64,000 nt of DNA from Bacillota bacterium (GTDB lineage Bacteria > Bacillota > Sulfobacillia > Sulfobacillales > Sulfobacillaceae). Positions within the stretch are counted from its first letter, which is position 1; each line of letters opens with the position of its first letter. The position numbers and the translations under genes are program-made. Location of the stretch: assembly GCA_021806205.1 (NCBI GenBank), contig JAJZXX010000254.1, positions 7,120 through 71,119 on the forward strand, given 5' to 3'. The notes under the pieces are model-generated. The model searched no databases. It was not told the DNA's origin and was given only the letters and a program-made list of their open reading frames with translations. Positions 17,732 through 27,259 of this stretch are shown here, in pieces.

Positions 17732-17936
17732 ACGCGTTAGGCGCGATGGTTCCCCGAATTTACCACATTAGCTCAATCGGCTTAAGCGCCGGGTTGCTTG
17801 CAACCCGGCGTGTTTCGATAATCTGGAATCGTGCGAAATTTGTCAGATCGTTAAAGAGGACTTTGGGGATCCGAGCCGAATTTTCAAAAGTGGAATAGTT
17901 GTCAGATCAAATGATTTGACCCAAGGAGGGGTATCC

Positions 17937-18662
17937 ATGGCGGTCAAGGATGACCGTATCGTGCGCCAAGCGTTAAAAGCGGCACTAGACTCCAAGAGCA
18001 TACCGATGGTCTTTCAGCCGATTTGGACAAAAGAGGGGGATTGTTGGGGATTTGAAGCGCTGGCTCGGTTTAAGAACGGAAGCCCTCCCGATGCCGTATG
18101 GAACCTGGCAAAGCGCGAGAGGCGCCATGCCCGATTGGACTGGGTGGCGCTGAAGGCGGCTATCGCTTCGGCTCGCGGTGTTTTTGATCGGTGTTTTTTA
18201 AACATTAGCTCACATGTGTTGCAAAGCCCAGACCAGTTGGCGCGTATCGGAAAACCCGAAGAGGTCGTGTGGGAAGTGACCGAGACGCTCGAGTTGAACG
18301 CGCGGCTGCTAGATGGCGTACGGACGTTGAAACGCTGGGGCTATCATATTGCCATGGACGATGCCGGGGTAGGACCCTCAACGGTTGAGCGCTTTGAACA
18401 GCTAGAACCGACCATCGTCAAGATCGACCGCAAACTGGTTCAAGTCTGGGCTAGCGGCCAGGTCGACCTCTTGCGATATTGGGTCCGATTAGCGAAAGAC
18501 CATGGAGCCCGCGTGGTGGTCGAAGGCGTAGAGGACTTCCTATGGGTAGATCCGTTAATAGACGAAGGGATAGATGCCTTTCAGGGGTATGCATTGGGTC
18601 GACCGGCAGTAGCAGAAGAATGGGGTTCGAAAGTGGATTATCAACTTTGGACTATGTCATAG
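17937..18662 (+). CDS. Stand-alone EAL domain c-di-GMP phosphodiesterase
   Basis: FQPI, EALARF, FLN, EVTE, MDDAGVG, KID, EGVE and FQG motifs all present; RBS AAGGAGGG. Confidence 0.92.
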   Translation: MAVKDDRIVRQALKAALDSKSIPMVFQPIWTKEGDCWGFEALARFKNGSPPDAVWNLAKRERRHARLDWVALKAAIASARGVFDRCFLNISSHVLQSPDQLARIGKPEEVVWEVTETLELNARLLDGVRTLKRWGYHIAMDDAGVGPSTVERFEQLEPTIVKIDRKLVQVWASGQVDLLRYWVRLAKDHGARVVVEGVEDFLWVDPLIDEGIDAFQGYALGRPAVAEEWGSKVDYQLWTMS

Positions 18663-19329
18663 TCTGGTTTCGCACCGCACTCTCAGGCTGATAGCCGGAA
18701 ATGGGCTTTGTGATTGTTGTCCCGCACCATCGAGCACCGGCCCGCTAGACTTATGGGCGCGTTCAGTATAGGGTTACGTCTTTGGAAAGTCGTCGGAAAG
18801 AGCTTTCCCTTGGCGCGGCCAACACCTTAAAGGTCGATTGTCTGGGGCCGCGAACACGGCATCGAGAAATAATGGGCCTGTTGTGTCACCGATGTACCGT
18901 CTGATTGAGATAAGCCGGTGTTTGAACCTCAATATTCCGTCGGCTGGCTCTATATGGGCGTTGGTCTCTTTGTTGTTATTTGGGGCATTGCTCGGCTTTC
19001 CCCACAGTTCGACCGCGGGTATATTGGATTCCCAGCGATGGTGTACGCTATTGCGGCCTGATGGGGACCCTTGATGGCGTTTTAGCTAACTCAGTTGGTC
19101 ATGGGGTTAACTATGTACTGTCATCGTGACGTTCGGATGGGGGAGTGAAGGGTGCAGACTCAGGGTTCTACCCTGATCATTCGCGTTTTGGTGGAGGCTG
19201 TGGGTTTTCGCCGTACACCAAACGCGAATCCGAGCCCCTGGGGCTGATTCTCCGGTGTTCCAGGGGTCACGGATCGATCGACCTTGGTGGCGGTCGGTTA
19301 GTTGACGTGATGACATTTTGCATTAGCGC

Positions 19330-20166
19330 CAATATATGGGATCGGGACCAGTCTTTAAAGGCTTGCGGGTTCTCCCTCAATACGCTGGCCGGTCGGGTGC
19401 TCGTACCGTTCGCCTTGCGGGGAATGGAGCGCTTTTTTGATGGCACCGGGCAGTTTGGTACCGCCCATCTTGTGCACCGGCATGAGCGCTGGTGTCTCCA
19501 TGTGCCGATGACGCAAGAGATGCCCGAGACCGATTGGGGCGAGATTCGTCAGGTCGTCGGGTTGGTCTTCGGGATCAACTTTTTGGTGACCGCCTACGAT
19601 TCCCAAGGACGGACCACCTTTGTCCGGGGCCGGGCTGTCAAAGCGCGACGCGCCCACTTTAAGATCCTCCGGCAGAACCTGCAACGTCGGCAGACGCCGT
19701 CCGCCCGACGACGTCTGAAGTGTCTCGGTCAACGAGAAAACCGTTGGATGACCGATGTGAACCATCAGGCCAGTAAGGCACTCGTGGACCAGTATGGTGC
19801 CCACACGCTGTCCGTTCTGGAAGATCTGACGGGAATTCGGGGAGCCGCAGAACGGGTTCGGCGGCGCGCCTGGGGGGCCGTGTCCCAGAACCTGGGAGGT
19901 TCTATGACAAGCGGGATCCATGATTTTCATCGTCTCGCCATTCTAAACCAGGCTACCCCGCGCCGTCATTGGAGAGTTCTGCTATCGCTGGAAAAGAAGC
20001 GCTATATGTCGTGGGCGTTTTACCCACACTCCGTCAGATGCCCAAATATAAGGCGGCTTTGCATCACGCCCGCACGGTGGCCGTGGATCCGCGCTACGCC
20101 TCACAAACCTGTCTGAAGTGTGGACACGTCGCGCGCGGTAATGGCGACAAGTGGCAGCACCGCTAA
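19330..20166 (+). pseudogene. tnpB: Decayed IS200/IS605-family TnpB
   Basis: RuvC-I region VVGLVFGIN (catalytic Asp lost), DVNHQASKALV, LEDLTGIR, SWAFY. After a frameshift come LRQMPKYKA and VDPRYASQTCLKCGH. Truncated at both ends with an internal insertion; boundaries approximate. Confidence 0.85.
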
Positions 20167-20227
20167 CGGCGTGGCCATCTAAGCAAATAACCGGATAGTC
20201 ACCCAATTAAAATGTTATCCGAAGTAA

Positions 20228-20272
20228 TTGACAAATGCGATGTTATCAGTTATCACTGATATTGATCATCAA
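20228..20272 (+). promoter_or_regulatory. SigA-type promoter overlapped by palindromic operator(s)
   Basis: TTGACA (20228) -17 nt- TATCAC; inverted repeat TATCAGT-N4-ACTGATA (20244-20261) and TTGATCATCAA (20262-20272); upstream of an operon that encodes a GntR. Confidence 0.65.
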
Positions 20273-20332
20273 CTGCTTCCCTTCACCTAGTGATATGCAC
20301 GATCTCCTTAGCATAAGAAAGGAGTTTTCTAG

Positions 20333-21775
20333 ATGGCAGCAAGAACTCAATTGGCAGACACCATTGAGGACCATGCCCTAGGACGAGTGCCCCACGAACA
20401 ACGAAAGAGCGGCTGGGCCCTATCCTGGATGGCCATGGGCATCGCGACTACGCTGGTCCAATTGCTGATTGGAAGTTACGTGGCGGCCGTGGCGGGTATG
20501 GGCTGGGCGATTACGGCGGACGTACTGGTGGCGCTGTTTGGTGGGACGTTAGGATGGATGGTGGCTCTCATCAGTCGGCAAGAGGGTCTGTCCAGCACGG
20601 TGACGTCCCGGTTTTATGGTCTGGGCGCCCGGGGTTCCATCATCTCGTCGGCCATTTTCGGCTTTATGATTCTCGGGTTTTTAGCGCTGGAAAATTCCCT
20701 GCTATACTACGGTACGCTATTTGCTTTCGGTTGGCACAACACTCTGATTTTACGAATTGTCATTTTCGGTATTTTGACCATCGGCTGGATTCTCCTCACC
20801 ACATTCGGGGTCAACTTAGTCTTAAAGGTTGCCTCGTACCTCATGATTGCGTTTCTGATCTTGTTGGCCTATATGTTCTATCGCAGCGGATTTACGTCCG
20901 GCGTGGGTTTTGTGACGGTCTTCACCCATGGGGCCTTAATTCCCGGTCTTGGCGGCGCCTGGCAGCGATTCGCGGACATCTTAGTGACACTGGCAGGATC
21001 GGCCGGTGCGTTGGCACTCTGTGATGCTGATTATGCGCGCTATGCGAAAACTCCTAGGGACGTCATCATTATGGCCTACGCGGGCAGCTTCATGATGGAC
21101 ATCGTCATTATGATTGCGGGCGCGGTGATTGTGTTTGGCGGGATGGGGCCTGCCATTCACTACTTGGTTGCGCACCACATGGCGACGGCGTCCCATGCCC
21201 CAGCGGCGGCCGATGCGATGGCCGCTAACGACACGGGGGCGTTCTTCATCGTGCTCTCGGCGGTGGTGGGGTTTATTCTGATGTACGCGGCGCAAGTCAA
21301 GGCGCAAACTCTCAATACCTATTCGGGATCACTGGCCCTGACCAACTTGTTTGATGCGGTTGGCAAGTGGCGACCCGGTCGGTTTTGGATGGTGGTCCTG
21401 GGCAACGTTATTGCCCTGTTGATGGCAGCCGGCGGTATATTGGGCCTGATTGACAGCTGGCTCAATATTTTGGGTGTGATGACCATGGCGTTCGTGGCGG
21501 TTATGCTAGCGGACTACTATATTGTTCGCAAAAAGACTTTGGCAGACCATGCTCGGGTGGAATCGGTCAATGTTGCGGGCGTGACGAGCGTGGTGTTGGG
21601 CGTGGTGATCGCAATGGTCTTGGAAACCACCCATCTTTTTCCCTTGGGCTTCTTGACGTCGCTTATCGTGGTGTTGGTGTCCTATCCCCTCTTGCGGCTT
21701 TATGTCTTTAAAGAGGGGGCGATGACCGGGACGGTTGACGCGGCTTTGGCGTTACAGGAGGTCGAAGGCGGTTAA
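20333..21775 (+). CDS. Purine-cytosine permease (NCS1/CodB-like) transporter
   Basis: IEDHALGRVP N-terminus, 12 TM helices, DADYARY and NTYSGSL motifs. Confidence 0.85.
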   Translation: MAARTQLADTIEDHALGRVPHEQRKSGWALSWMAMGIATTLVQLLIGSYVAAVAGMGWAITADVLVALFGGTLGWMVALISRQEGLSSTVTSRFYGLGARGSIISSAIFGFMILGFLALENSLLYYGTLFAFGWHNTLILRIVIFGILTIGWILLTTFGVNLVLKVASYLMIAFLILLAYMFYRSGFTSGVGFVTVFTHGALIPGLGGAWQRFADILVTLAGSAGALALCDADYARYAKTPRDVIIMAYAGSFMMDIVIMIAGAVIVFGGMGPAIHYLVAHHMATASHAPAAADAMAANDTGAFFIVLSAVVGFILMYAAQVKAQTLNTYSGSLALTNLFDAVGKWRPGRFWMVVLGNVIALLMAAGGILGLIDSWLNILGVMTMAFVAVMLADYYIVRKKTLADHARVESVNVAGVTSVVLGVVIAMVLETTHLFPLGFLTSLIVVLVSYPLLRLYVFKEGAMTGTVDAALALQEVEGG

Positions 21776-21846
21776 ACCGTGATAAGGGCGGGCTTCCGTT
21801 CGAAAAAGCCGGTACGATGAGGACAAAATGATGAGGAGGATGACAA

Positions 21847-22536
21847 GTGCCGGACAATATGCTCGATACGTTCACTCGGGGTCGGAAGCCCCCCACATTG
21901 GCGCAACACGTCGCCGAACAAATCCGCGACGCCATTATTCAAGGCGATCTGGCTCCAGGGGAAACGCTTCTCTTGCAAGATCTCGCCAAGCGCCTGGATG
22001 TGAGTATTATGCCGGTGCGCGAGGCGCTCAAGCGATTGCAATCCGAGGGATTGGTGGAACAACCCCCTCAAAAGGAAGCCCGCGTGACCCGGCTTTCGGT
22101 CGTGGATCTCTTGGACACGTACGAGACCCGTATTTTGCTGGAAACCCGGGTCATCCGGCGGGCTGCCGAAGGATTTGCGGCCCAAGACACCGAGCGGCTC
22201 GCCAGCATTTTGGAGCGTTACGAATCCGCCTACCAAGCGGGGCATGAAAGCGAGGGGCGCATGCTCCATAAAGCGTTTCACTTCGGGATGTATGCGGTTG
22301 GAGGATCGGCCTGGATTCTTCAGCTCATCAGCATGCTGTGGGATAACTCAGAACGCTATCGTCGGCTGTCCTTAACGCAACGGGGTACCGTGCATGATCG
22401 CCGGCGTGAGCATAGTGCAGTGCTAGAGGCGTGTCGGCGCAATGATCCGGACTTAGCCGCCCGCGAACTGGAGCATCACTTGCGTCGCACATCGGAGTTG
22501 GTGATTCGGGCGGCAAAATCTTTATTAGAGACATAA
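21847..22536 (+). CDS. GntR/FCD family transcriptional regulator
   Basis: wHTH LAKRLDVSIMPVREALKRLQSEGLV; FCD domain FH..EH. Confidence 0.92.
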   Translation: MPDNMLDTFTRGRKPPTLAQHVAEQIRDAIIQGDLAPGETLLLQDLAKRLDVSIMPVREALKRLQSEGLVEQPPQKEARVTRLSVVDLLDTYETRILLETRVIRRAAEGFAAQDTERLASILERYESAYQAGHESEGRMLHKAFHFGMYAVGGSAWILQLISMLWDNSERYRRLSLTQRGTVHDRRREHSAVLEACRRNDPDLAARELEHHLRRTSELVIRAAKSLLET

Positions 22537-22547
22537 GGGGTGACGCC

Positions 22548-23594
22548 ATGCAGATCTGCGATGACACTTACGCATCGGTAGGACACAAGCTGATTTTGGA
22601 GAACGAGTTGGTTCGGGTGTGGGAAACGCTCCTGTATCCAGGGGAGGAGCACCCCCTGCACCACCACACCCTTCCTTACGTGGAGGTGATGCTGGAAGGC
22701 GGATCCAGCCAGTGGGAGGGGGCGGACGGGCGTCTGTCCGTCCAGGATAATCCGCCAGGTCAGGTCCGCTATTATGAGGCGGGAGACATTCATACCCTCA
22801 AAAACACGGGAGCTGGACGGTATTGGAGCCGCACGGTCGAGTTGAAAACGGCCCCCTATCGGGAGCTCATTAATCCCGAGGACACGTTTTATGATGAGGA
22901 TTACGCTCATGTGGCGCAAACTGTCTTGTTCGAGAATGAGCTCGTACGGGTCTGGGAAATCTCGCTCGATCCCGGTCAGGGCCATCCCACCCACCACCAT
23001 CTGTTGCCTTATGTGATTCTCTCCATCGAGGGTGGGCATAACCAAATGAAGTGGCAAGAGGGGCAAGTCACCCGTTCGTATGAAGCGCCGGGATTCGTTT
23101 TGTTTCGGGAGCCGGGTGGCATTCACCGCCTGTATAACACGGACGAGACTAAACACTATTGGAACCGTTTGGTGGAATTAAAAGTGCCCGCCTTCCCGCT
23201 TCCACAATTAGCCGACCAATCCACCCAGGAGGTGCTGATTGATACCAAGGCCCAGGATTGGCGGCAAAAATCGGTGCCAGGCCTCAGTGAAGTTCGGTTG
23301 TGGAGCCATGATGAGACCGGCGCCTCCATTAGCTTGGTGAAATTCGAAAAAGGAAGCGGAATACCCGAAGCCCATCAACATGCGTCCAATCAGTTTATGT
23401 ACTGCCTTTCGGGAGAATATGTTTACCCTGCCACCAACCTGGTGTTGAAACCGGGCTGCTTCTATTGGAATCCCCAGGGGAATGTCCACGGGCCCACTGT
23501 CGCCCGGGAAGACTCCCTATTAGTGGAGATTTACGACGGTCCGCATTATCCCGACAAACCGTCTTGGTACAAAAATGATCAAGACGCCAAGTAG
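22548..23594 (+). CDS. Three-cupin fusion protein (two tandem small cupins plus a ChrR/DAD-like cupin)
   Basis: Internal repeat ENELVRVWE..L.PG..HP.HHH.LPYV x2; third cupin PEAHQH..QFMYCLSG..NVHGP. Confidence 0.8.
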   Translation: MQICDDTYASVGHKLILENELVRVWETLLYPGEEHPLHHHTLPYVEVMLEGGSSQWEGADGRLSVQDNPPGQVRYYEAGDIHTLKNTGAGRYWSRTVELKTAPYRELINPEDTFYDEDYAHVAQTVLFENELVRVWEISLDPGQGHPTHHHLLPYVILSIEGGHNQMKWQEGQVTRSYEAPGFVLFREPGGIHRLYNTDETKHYWNRLVELKVPAFPLPQLADQSTQEVLIDTKAQDWRQKSVPGLSEVRLWSHDETGASISLVKFEKGSGIPEAHQHASNQFMYCLSGEYVYPATNLVLKPGCFYWNPQGNVHGPTVAREDSLLVEIYDGPHYPDKPSWYKNDQDAK

Positions 23595-23621
23595 CCTCAA
23601 CATCTAAGGGAGGTATGAGAG

Positions 23622-24020
23622 ATGGCTAAGCAAGAACTGCGCAATCGAAAACTGAACGCGCCATTAGGCGTATTTTCCCAAGCCACCAAGATTGAAGCAC
23701 AAGGGAGCTTGGTGTTTGTCTCGGGGCTGACGTCCCGGGATGCAGACGGCAATGTGGTCGGGGTGGGAGATGTGAAGAAGCAAACCGAGACGATCTTGGA
23801 GAATATGCAAATCATCCTTAAAGATGGCGGCGGTTCGTTGGAGGATGTGACCAAGGTGACCGTCTATATCCGAGACATGAAGGATTTTGACGCCATCCAC
23901 GAAGTCCGGCGTCGATATTTCAAGCCGCCCCTGCCTGCGTCAACGATGGTGGAAGTCTCTATGCTGGTGAGCCCGGAATTGCTCATAGAAATTGAGGCTA
24001 TCGCCGTTATCCCTCGTTGA
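23622..24020 (+). CDS. RidA/YjgF family enamine/imine deaminase
   Basis: FSQA, VFVSG, PASTMVEV and IEIEAIA motifs. Confidence 0.92.
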   Translation: MAKQELRNRKLNAPLGVFSQATKIEAQGSLVFVSGLTSRDADGNVVGVGDVKKQTETILENMQIILKDGGGSLEDVTKVTVYIRDMKDFDAIHEVRRRYFKPPLPASTMVEVSMLVSPELLIEIEAIAVIPR

Positions 24021-24044
24021 GACCGAATCAAAAGGAGGACAACT

Positions 24045-24992
24045 ATGTGGGACGTGCATGCGCATGTGATACCCCAAGAGGTCTTAGATGCGGCCCAATC
24101 TGGTCTTTATGACCTAAGCCTTGAAGGCGAGTGGCTCATCATCGATAAAAGACGCGTGCTCGTTCGCCATCTAGCTTCTCTGGAGGGATTGGCCCGCTAT
24201 GCGGAAAAATTCGGGCTGTCGCTGGTGCTTTCGGTCCCCCCGGCGTTACTGCGGGATGACGAGCGTAGCCCGGGGTGGCACCGCTTTCTGAATGAGGCGA
24301 TGGACAGCGCGCGACGGCGCCTGGCGGTAGCCAGCCAGATGCTGGCGGTGTTGCCACTCGCTTCCGTTAAGGCTGCGCTAGGGGAATGGCACCGGGTCCA
24401 AGATCGAGCCTTGGGGCTGGTGATGGGATCGGACATCAACCAAAAGCTTGTGGGTCATCCGGATTTTGAACCATTCTGGCGGAATTATGCCAAGGCTGGC
24501 GGAGGCCTGGCGTTCATTCACGGTCACCGCGCCTACGATGCTCGCCTGAACGCCTATTACTTAGATAATTTAGTGGGGTTTCCTGGCGAGGATACGCTGG
24601 CCACGGCGGCACTGGTCTTTTCGGGACTGCCGTTGGATTATCCCCAAATCCAGTGGTGCGTGAGCCATGGGGGTGGCGGCGCGGCGATGTTGTTGGGGCG
24701 CTGGCAAAGAGGCTATGACACGCATCGGCCCGGCATTGATACATCCCGGCCGTCGCCCCGAGAGATCTTTCAACGGCTGTGGTTCGATAGTGTGGTGCAT
24801 GATCCCAGGGCGCTCTCCTATCTTTTAAGCATGGCGCCGAGACGTGTGGTGTTTGGCACCGACTATCCTTTTCCCATGGGCATGCAGCATCAATTAGAGG
24901 CGGGCCAATGGTCCCAATCGACGATGCAGCAGATCGCGACGAATACCGAGAATTTGATGAAGACGGTCACGAAAGGGCGGACAATATTATGA
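24045..24992 (+). CDS. Amidohydrolase family protein (ACMS decarboxylase-like)
   Basis: DVHAH, FIHG, SHGGG and FGTDYPF motifs. Confidence 0.85.
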   Translation: MWDVHAHVIPQEVLDAAQSGLYDLSLEGEWLIIDKRRVLVRHLASLEGLARYAEKFGLSLVLSVPPALLRDDERSPGWHRFLNEAMDSARRRLAVASQMLAVLPLASVKAALGEWHRVQDRALGLVMGSDINQKLVGHPDFEPFWRNYAKAGGGLAFIHGHRAYDARLNAYYLDNLVGFPGEDTLATAALVFSGLPLDYPQIQWCVSHGGGGAAMLLGRWQRGYDTHRPGIDTSRPSPREIFQRLWFDSVVHDPRALSYLLSMAPRRVVFGTDYPFPMGMQHQLEAGQWSQSTMQQIATNTENLMKTVTKGRTIL

Positions 24993-25882
24993 GACTCTCT
25001 ACCGTTAAATCGCCGACGGGACAAGAGCGCGTGATGGCGGAAACCATAAAAGGGGCTTGGCATGACATCAGCCATCTTTTCCCGAGCATGTTGGATCTGA
25101 TCCGGGCGGGGTCCCTTGGTCTGGACCGCGTGTATCAGGAGGCGGGCTCGACCCGTCGTGTTGAGGGAGACTTGCCAAAAGGGGTAACAGCCCCGATCCC
25201 GCATCCCATTCGCGATGTATACTGCGTGGGATGGAATTACCTTAAACATTTCAACGAAGGGGTCGGTAAACGGGGAAATCAAGAAGGCGACCTGCCCGAT
25301 TACCCGACTTTCTTCAGCAAAGCGACCCGGTCGGTAATCGGCCCTCACGATTCGGTGCCCTATGATCGCGAGTTCACCGAAAAACTGGATTATGAAGCGG
25401 AAATTGCGGTCATCATCGGTCGCGAGGGCAAGAACGTCCAAGAGGAGAAAGCTCGCGACTATATTTTTGGACTGACTCTCGCCAACGACGTGTCGGCACG
25501 GGATGTGCAACGTCGACATGGCGGACAGTGGCTCAAGGGAAAGGCCATGGATGGTTCTTGCCCACTCGGCCCGGCGATTGTCACACTTGACGACATCCCC
25601 GATTTTTCCAAGCTCAATATCCGAGGGGTCGTCAACGATGAAGTCAGGCAGGAAGCCCGTTTAAGTCAACTGATTTTCTCGATACCGCGTCTTATTGCTG
25701 AACTGTCCCGGGGCATGACGCTTTTGCCCGGAGATATTTTGCTCACGGGAACGCCTGAAGGGGTGGGCTTTGCCATGACTCCCCCTCAATTTTTAAGACC
25801 GGGCGACCACTTGGTTGTACAAAGCGATGCATTGGGACGGTTGGAGAACCGGGTTGGTCCGGACATTCACGAAATGAGGTGA
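24989..25882 (+). CDS. Fumarylacetoacetate hydrolase family protein
   Basis: CVGWNY..H, DYEAE, NDVSARD, W.KGK and TGTPEGVG motifs. Confidence 0.92.
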   Translation: MRLSTVKSPTGQERVMAETIKGAWHDISHLFPSMLDLIRAGSLGLDRVYQEAGSTRRVEGDLPKGVTAPIPHPIRDVYCVGWNYLKHFNEGVGKRGNQEGDLPDYPTFFSKATRSVIGPHDSVPYDREFTEKLDYEAEIAVIIGREGKNVQEEKARDYIFGLTLANDVSARDVQRRHGGQWLKGKAMDGSCPLGPAIVTLDDIPDFSKLNIRGVVNDEVRQEARLSQLIFSIPRLIAELSRGMTLLPGDILLTGTPEGVGFAMTPPQFLRPGDHLVVQSDALGRLENRVGPDIHEMR

Positions 25883-26772
25883 GTGAAGTGTTGTTGCGGG
25901 AATTAGAGTACGTCAAGCCGGACAGTGTGGACGAAGCCTTGGAGTGGTTGGGGCGGCTTTCGGACGCGGGGTTATTGGCCGGGGGTCAAAGTCTCATAAA
26001 CGTGTTAAAGATGCGGATTGGCGGATATCAAACGCTGATCGACATCTCGAAACTTGAGGACTTAAAGCGGATCGAGATGGTCGGCCAAGGCATTCGGATT
26101 GGGGCGGGCGTGACGTATGACGAACTTTTGCACTCCCCCGCCATCTCGCTATATCGGCCCCTCCTGCAAGAGGTGGCCTTACGTATTGCCGATCCCCAGG
26201 TGAGAAATCGCGGCACGGTCGGCGGCAACTGCTGCTACAATGACCCGACCTGCCATTTGCCCCCTTATCTCACGGCGATCGGCGCAACCTTTGAGGCCCG
26301 TGGGCCGAAGGCCACCCGTATGATTTTGGCCCGGGACTTTTTTGTGAGCTACTACCAAACGGCCTTAGCGCCAGGCGAAATGCTGGTGGGAGTCTACGTC
26401 CCCATCGCAAAAAGAGGATCGGGAGACGGCTTTCGGGCCATGTCGGTGGGCGGGACCGATGTGCTCAACATCGTCGCGGGGGCCAGCACCGTGACGCTAA
26501 AGGAGGACGGTACGATTGGCGATGTGGCGGTGGTCGTGACGGGAGTTGCCGAGCACCCCTTAAGGCTTGACGGGGTCGAATCCCAGCTAGTGGGGAGCTC
26601 TCCTGAGCCCTCTGATGTGAGAAGCCTGTTCTCAGCACTGGATACGGCCAGGTTTGATCCCGTCGATGACGTTCATGCGTCGGCCGAGTATCGGCTCAAG
26701 ATGGCGCCGATCTTTGTGCGTCGGGCGCTGGAGCAGGCATTGGATAACGCGAGGAGGGGTTTGCGTGACTGA
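25879..26772 (+). CDS. Xanthine dehydrogenase family molybdenum hydroxylase, FAD-binding subunit (CoxM-like)
   Basis: AGGQSL, QVRNRGTVGGN and DVHASAEYR motifs. Confidence 0.92.
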   Translation: MSEVLLRELEYVKPDSVDEALEWLGRLSDAGLLAGGQSLINVLKMRIGGYQTLIDISKLEDLKRIEMVGQGIRIGAGVTYDELLHSPAISLYRPLLQEVALRIADPQVRNRGTVGGNCCYNDPTCHLPPYLTAIGATFEARGPKATRMILARDFFVSYYQTALAPGEMLVGVYVPIAKRGSGDGFRAMSVGGTDVLNIVAGASTVTLKEDGTIGDVAVVVTGVAEHPLRLDGVESQLVGSSPEPSDVRSLFSALDTARFDPVDDVHASAEYRLKMAPIFVRRALEQALDNARRGLRD

Positions 26773-27259
26773 ACCGGTGAAGTCAAAGCGCATAACCGTC
26801 ACGGTGGATGGAACGGAATATACCCGTACCGTCGAGGCACGGACGCTTTTGGTGCGATTCATTCGCGAGGAGCTAGACCATACCGGCACACACTTTGGGT
26901 GTGACACCGGGCATTGCGGGTCCTGTTCGGTCTTGGTTGACGGCAAAGTGGTGAAGTCCTGCATGATGTTAGCCATTCAAGCCGATCAGGCGCAGATTAC
27001 CACGGTCCAAGGACTGGCTTTCCAAGACGGATCTTTAGATCCCATCCAGCAAGCCTTTTCGGATCATCATGCCGTACAGTGCGGTTTTTGCACGCCCGGC
27101 ATGCTGATGGCGACCGAGTACCTGTTATCGCAAAACCCGCATCCCACCGAAGAAGAAATTCGTCGGGGCATCAAGGGCAATCTTTGCCGCTGTACCGGTT
27201 ACGTCAATATCGTGCGGGCCATTCAGGCACTCGGGGCCCAAGAGGAGGTCATCTCATGA
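26765..27259 (+). CDS. Molybdenum hydroxylase [2Fe-2S] subunit (CoxS-like)
   Basis: GCDTGHCGSC, QCGFCTPG and NLCRCTGY motifs. Confidence 0.93.
   Translation: MTEPVKSKRITVTVDGTEYTRTVEARTLLVRFIREELDHTGTHFGCDTGHCGSCSVLVDGKVVKSCMMLAIQADQAQITTVQGLAFQDGSLDPIQQAFSDHHAVQCGFCTPGMLMATEYLLSQNPHPTEEEIRRGIKGNLCRCTGYVNIVRAIQALGAQEEVIS

Noticed and set aside
19145-20166. Functional TnpB/Cas12f or CRISPR-associated system
   Set aside because: Catalytic Asp lost, frameshifted and truncated; no repeat-spacer array seen anywhere in the window.
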